Source: Lepidodermella squamata (lineage: Eukaryota > Animalia > Gastrotricha). From it: DNA of 64,000 nucleotides. Positions 60,834-64,000 of this stretch are shown here, piece by piece. Under the pieces are notes generated by a model. It searched no databases. It was not told the origin of the DNA and saw only the letters and a list, made by a program, of their open reading frames with translations. A program made the position numbers and the translations under genes. The stretch lies in assembly GCA_047495785.1 (NCBI GenBank), contig JBLDXI010000007.1, positions 1,674,001 through 1,738,000 of the forward strand, read 5' to 3'. Within the stretch, counting starts at the first letter, position 1. Every line of letters starts with the position of its first letter.

Positions 60834-62617
60834 TTATTCGACCTTTCTCTTCGCACAACACAGTCGGCGGAAAAAGCGAATAATCACGTAAAAGATGAGT
60901 ATTATAAAGGCAATCAAAGCAGCAAATAGGTCCAGATCGTAAAGCCGATAGAACGGAGCTGCGTCCTCGAACATTCGCAGGTGATCAGACCCAATCGTCA
61001 TTTCCATTTCAATAATATCAACCGCTCGTTTGAATTGTCGTGAGTTGTAGTACAAAGCTGCGCTAGCTTTCTGAAGGTTCGCCATCAGCGCAGGATTTTT
61101 CTCGATGTAGCGATGAATCAATGAATTCGACCTTTCGCAAAACGTTCTTTCCGAAGCCTCGCCATTTGCGTAGCTATCAATAACCTCGGCAATGCCCAGC
61201 TCTTTCGCTCGCATGCTCGTCAAGGGTTGTTCATTAACAATCGGATGGAGTAACATTGGTTTCCCAGCTAGAATTGCCTCCAATAATGTCTCTAAGCCAC
61301 CATGACTGACGAATAATTGAACAGCGGGATGATTGAGAACCTTCACATGGGCGACTCGCCTCTCAAGTCGTAAATTCTTGAATCCTCGCTGATTGTTATA
61401 AACATGCGGAGGAAGAGCCAAATCCAGCCTGGTATCGCCATGGGCCCATAAGATGTTGGTTTCAAACTCTTTGTTCCGCCTGCATAACAAGCCGCCGAAC
61501 AAATTTTGATAGGCCGAATACGTCGGGTTGACCAAAGTACCGAAGCCTATGTAAATGACAGGCTGGTTACGGGAATGGGCCTCGTCAAGCCATTTCAGGA
61601 GCCTAGAATCCATCTCCTGAGCATCAGGCTCGACAATCGGTCCTAAAACGTGGATGAAAGGCGATGCGTACCTTGCGTACTCGAAGCCCCAGTAATTATG
61701 GATGAAAATGTGTTTATTCCTGTACGGGGCTGTTTGGTCGAAACTATCCGGAATGCTGTAATTTGCTCGAATTTTCGACCTCTCAACCAGCCCAGGGTAC
61801 AGCCCATAAGCCATCTTAGCCGGATAGATGAACTTTGCGTAAAAGCGTTGTTGAAATGAAGCACCAAAAGGGCTGTAAGGTGCGATCGGAACTGGGATGA
61901 AGTTCTGAACCCCAGGTACGATTGGCAGGGACGATGAGAAGGCTGTTGCTACGTAAGGAATTTTTAGAACCGTAGCGACATCAGGACAGCTTTGAGAATT
62001 CCAGTCACAGACGATGAGATCAGGCCGATCGGCCTCACATAACTCTTTCAGGCTCCGGAAAGCTCCTTCGTAATTAATCTGAATGTTGTCGAAAAAGGTT
62101 CTAGATTGTCTCGAAATAGCTGGAAAGGTTGGCTGGTAATTTATTAATTTTTTCCTGATTTTTGTAAAATTTACCTTCATTTTGAGACGGAACTGTTTGA
62201 CTTGCATTAGCAGATCGCAATTTTAATTGCTCGCGAATTCTCTGCCGAACTGTTGGGTCCTCTGGGAATACGTATTCCTCGGTATACTTGAGCTGAACGA
62301 AGCTATTGAAATCGCCTGGTTTTATCCAGGCTTTAGCTGTTTCTGACAAAGCTGCATAGGTTGTTCGATGGCCGCGTTTTTGTAGTTCCCTTGATAGGAA
62401 TAGAATCGGCTTGACTTGGAACCTTGTGCAAACCTCGGTTGAGAATAGAATGTGCCCTTGTTTCGAGACAAGTTTCACGAGATCGGGTGACATATTCCCC
62501 TTGATTTCTTCCAGCTTTTCCGATAGATATCCGGGTTGTTCAGCCCGACTTTGATCATCTTCGGCAGCTGCTGAGAAAAATACCTGAGGCAAGAGGATGA
62601 CGAGAAATAACTGCATA
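60834..62617 (-). CDS. UDP-glycosyltransferase (GT1), membrane-anchored, 2 exons
   Basis: Signal peptide MQLFLVILL, ELQKRGH, RPDLIVCD, YIGFGT, HPAVQLFVSHGGLETLLEAILAGKPMLLHPIVNEQ, C-terminal TM and KRKVE. A 55-bp intron at 62174-62120 joins the two ORFs. Confidence 0.88.
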
Positions 62618-63201
62618 ATTGAACAGCGCAGTTGATAACTGCTAATAAATGAAAAAATGAAATTGTTCACTCTCTACTTCACTATAAATGATGATGTGGC
62701 ATTGTGGGGACGCATCGCACGTTAATAGTCCATTGTTGAGTTATTGGATGTAACCAAGTAGTAAGCCTTTATTACCGAGATATCACAAAAGCTAGGCTTT
62801 TATGTAAGTTAATTTTCAAAAGTAAAAAACATGTTTTAAAAACAAGGAAAGAACTACTATAGGTACATGCTACCTATCTGTTGTTCCGTGATATAAAAGT
62901 TATCATTTCATTTTGCTAAAAAAATTGAGAATTTTCTTTTCGTGCAACTAGGCTCATTTGATAGACCGCGAAATCTCGTATATATCTACCCAAACTCAAA
63001 AAAATTGAAAAGGGTCTATTAATTAGTCTGTGGATTTTTTTAAACGATTAATTTTATCATGGGCGGATAGGGCGTTTTGTGATCAAAATAGTAATCGCGT
63101 GCCGCGCTTTTTACAATAATAATAAATTCACTATAAAAAGATCGCTTGCATCCTATCTGTTAAAGTGCTTCTATTTAGACCAGATCCACACTGTCGTGAT
63201 T

Positions 63202-64000
63202 TCACATTTTATTTGTTTTCAAATATATTGCAAAGTCTTCAGGTATAATACGAATTATGAGGAAAGGAATAATAAGCAAAAATATAAAATTAGCGTATAG
63301 ATCCAAATCGTACAGCCTGTAAAATGGCACTTCATCTTCGAACATTCTCAAGTGGTCCGAACCGATCGTCATTTCCATTTCAATTATATCAACAGCCTGT
63401 TCGAAATTCTGGGCGTTGTAGTACAAAGCCGCTCCTGCTTTTAGAAGGTTCTCAATCAATATAGGATCTTTACGGCGATATCGAGCTATGATTTCTTGTG
63501 ATTTATCGCAAATATCCATCTCAGTCGCCTCGCCATTCGCATAACTGTCGAGAACATCAGCAACTCCAAGCTCCTTCGCCCGCATGCTTGTTAGATGTTG
63601 ATCATTGACAATAGGATGAAGCAGCATGGGTTAGCCAGCTAGAATCGATTCAAACAAGCTCTCCAAACCTCCGTGATTTACAAACAAAGAAACAGCAGGG
63701 TGTTTCAGGACTTGAATTTGAGCGACTCGCTTTTCTAGCCTTAAATTCGGGAATTTTCGTGGGTCGCTGTAAATCTTAGGTGGTAGAGCCGCTTCCAATT
63801 GTACGTTGCCGTAAGACCATAGAATATTTACCTTTAAATCCTGATTTTTCCGACAAAATAATCCACGAATTAATCGTTGCATTGTCGAGTTGGTAGGGGT
63901 GACTAAAGACCCGAAGCCCAAGTAGACCACGACTTCATTCCGAGAATGAGCATCATCCAGCCATTGATTAAGGCTGGGTTCCATTTTATAGATGTCCGGT
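63202..64000 (-). pseudogene. Second UGT paralogue (3' part; extends beyond the window) with in-frame stop
   Basis: HGGLESLFESILAG-TAA-PMLLHPIVNDQ: a stop at 63633-63631 where the paralogue has Lys. Confidence 0.75.

Noticed and set aside
1-64000. Numerous 60-150 aa ORFs antisense to or overlapping the called genes
   Set aside because: Shadow frames of real exons, many with non-ATG starts, and without independent evidence.

Overview
Compact animal (metazoan) genomic DNA with short GT-AG introns, mostly about 45-60 bp. An anion-type 'PAK' nicotinic subunit hints at a spiralian/lophotrochozoan host (inference). The main content is a birth-and-death array of 11 copies or fragments of one divergent rhodopsin-like 7TM receptor family. 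Other genes: a LamG+EGF secreted protein, an intronless atypical Cys-loop channel, a multi-exon nAChR alpha subunit with an anion-selectivity motif, two GSTs (one pseudogene, one with Ser at the catalytic Tyr position), two divergent nuclear receptors, a BEN-like gene, two UGTs (one with an in-frame stop) and a decayed class C GPCR. Three observations stand out. (1) An ADP/ATP-carrier-like gene carries LEA-like 11-mer repeats inserted in a matrix loop and has degenerate gate motifs. (2) An apparently intact 2.5-kb Tc1/mariner element (DD41D-like, here DD46D) carries a second spliced, Myb/SANT-like passenger gene, and two related TA-flanked CAGTGTG elements lie elsewhere in the window. (3) Two tandem ankyrin-repeat proteins have signal peptides, a sushi-like module and conserved N-glycosylation sequons. 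Several nested or foldback non-autonomous elements and LINE relics are also present. Exon structures were read by eye and all family assignments rest on recognised motifs, not database searches.
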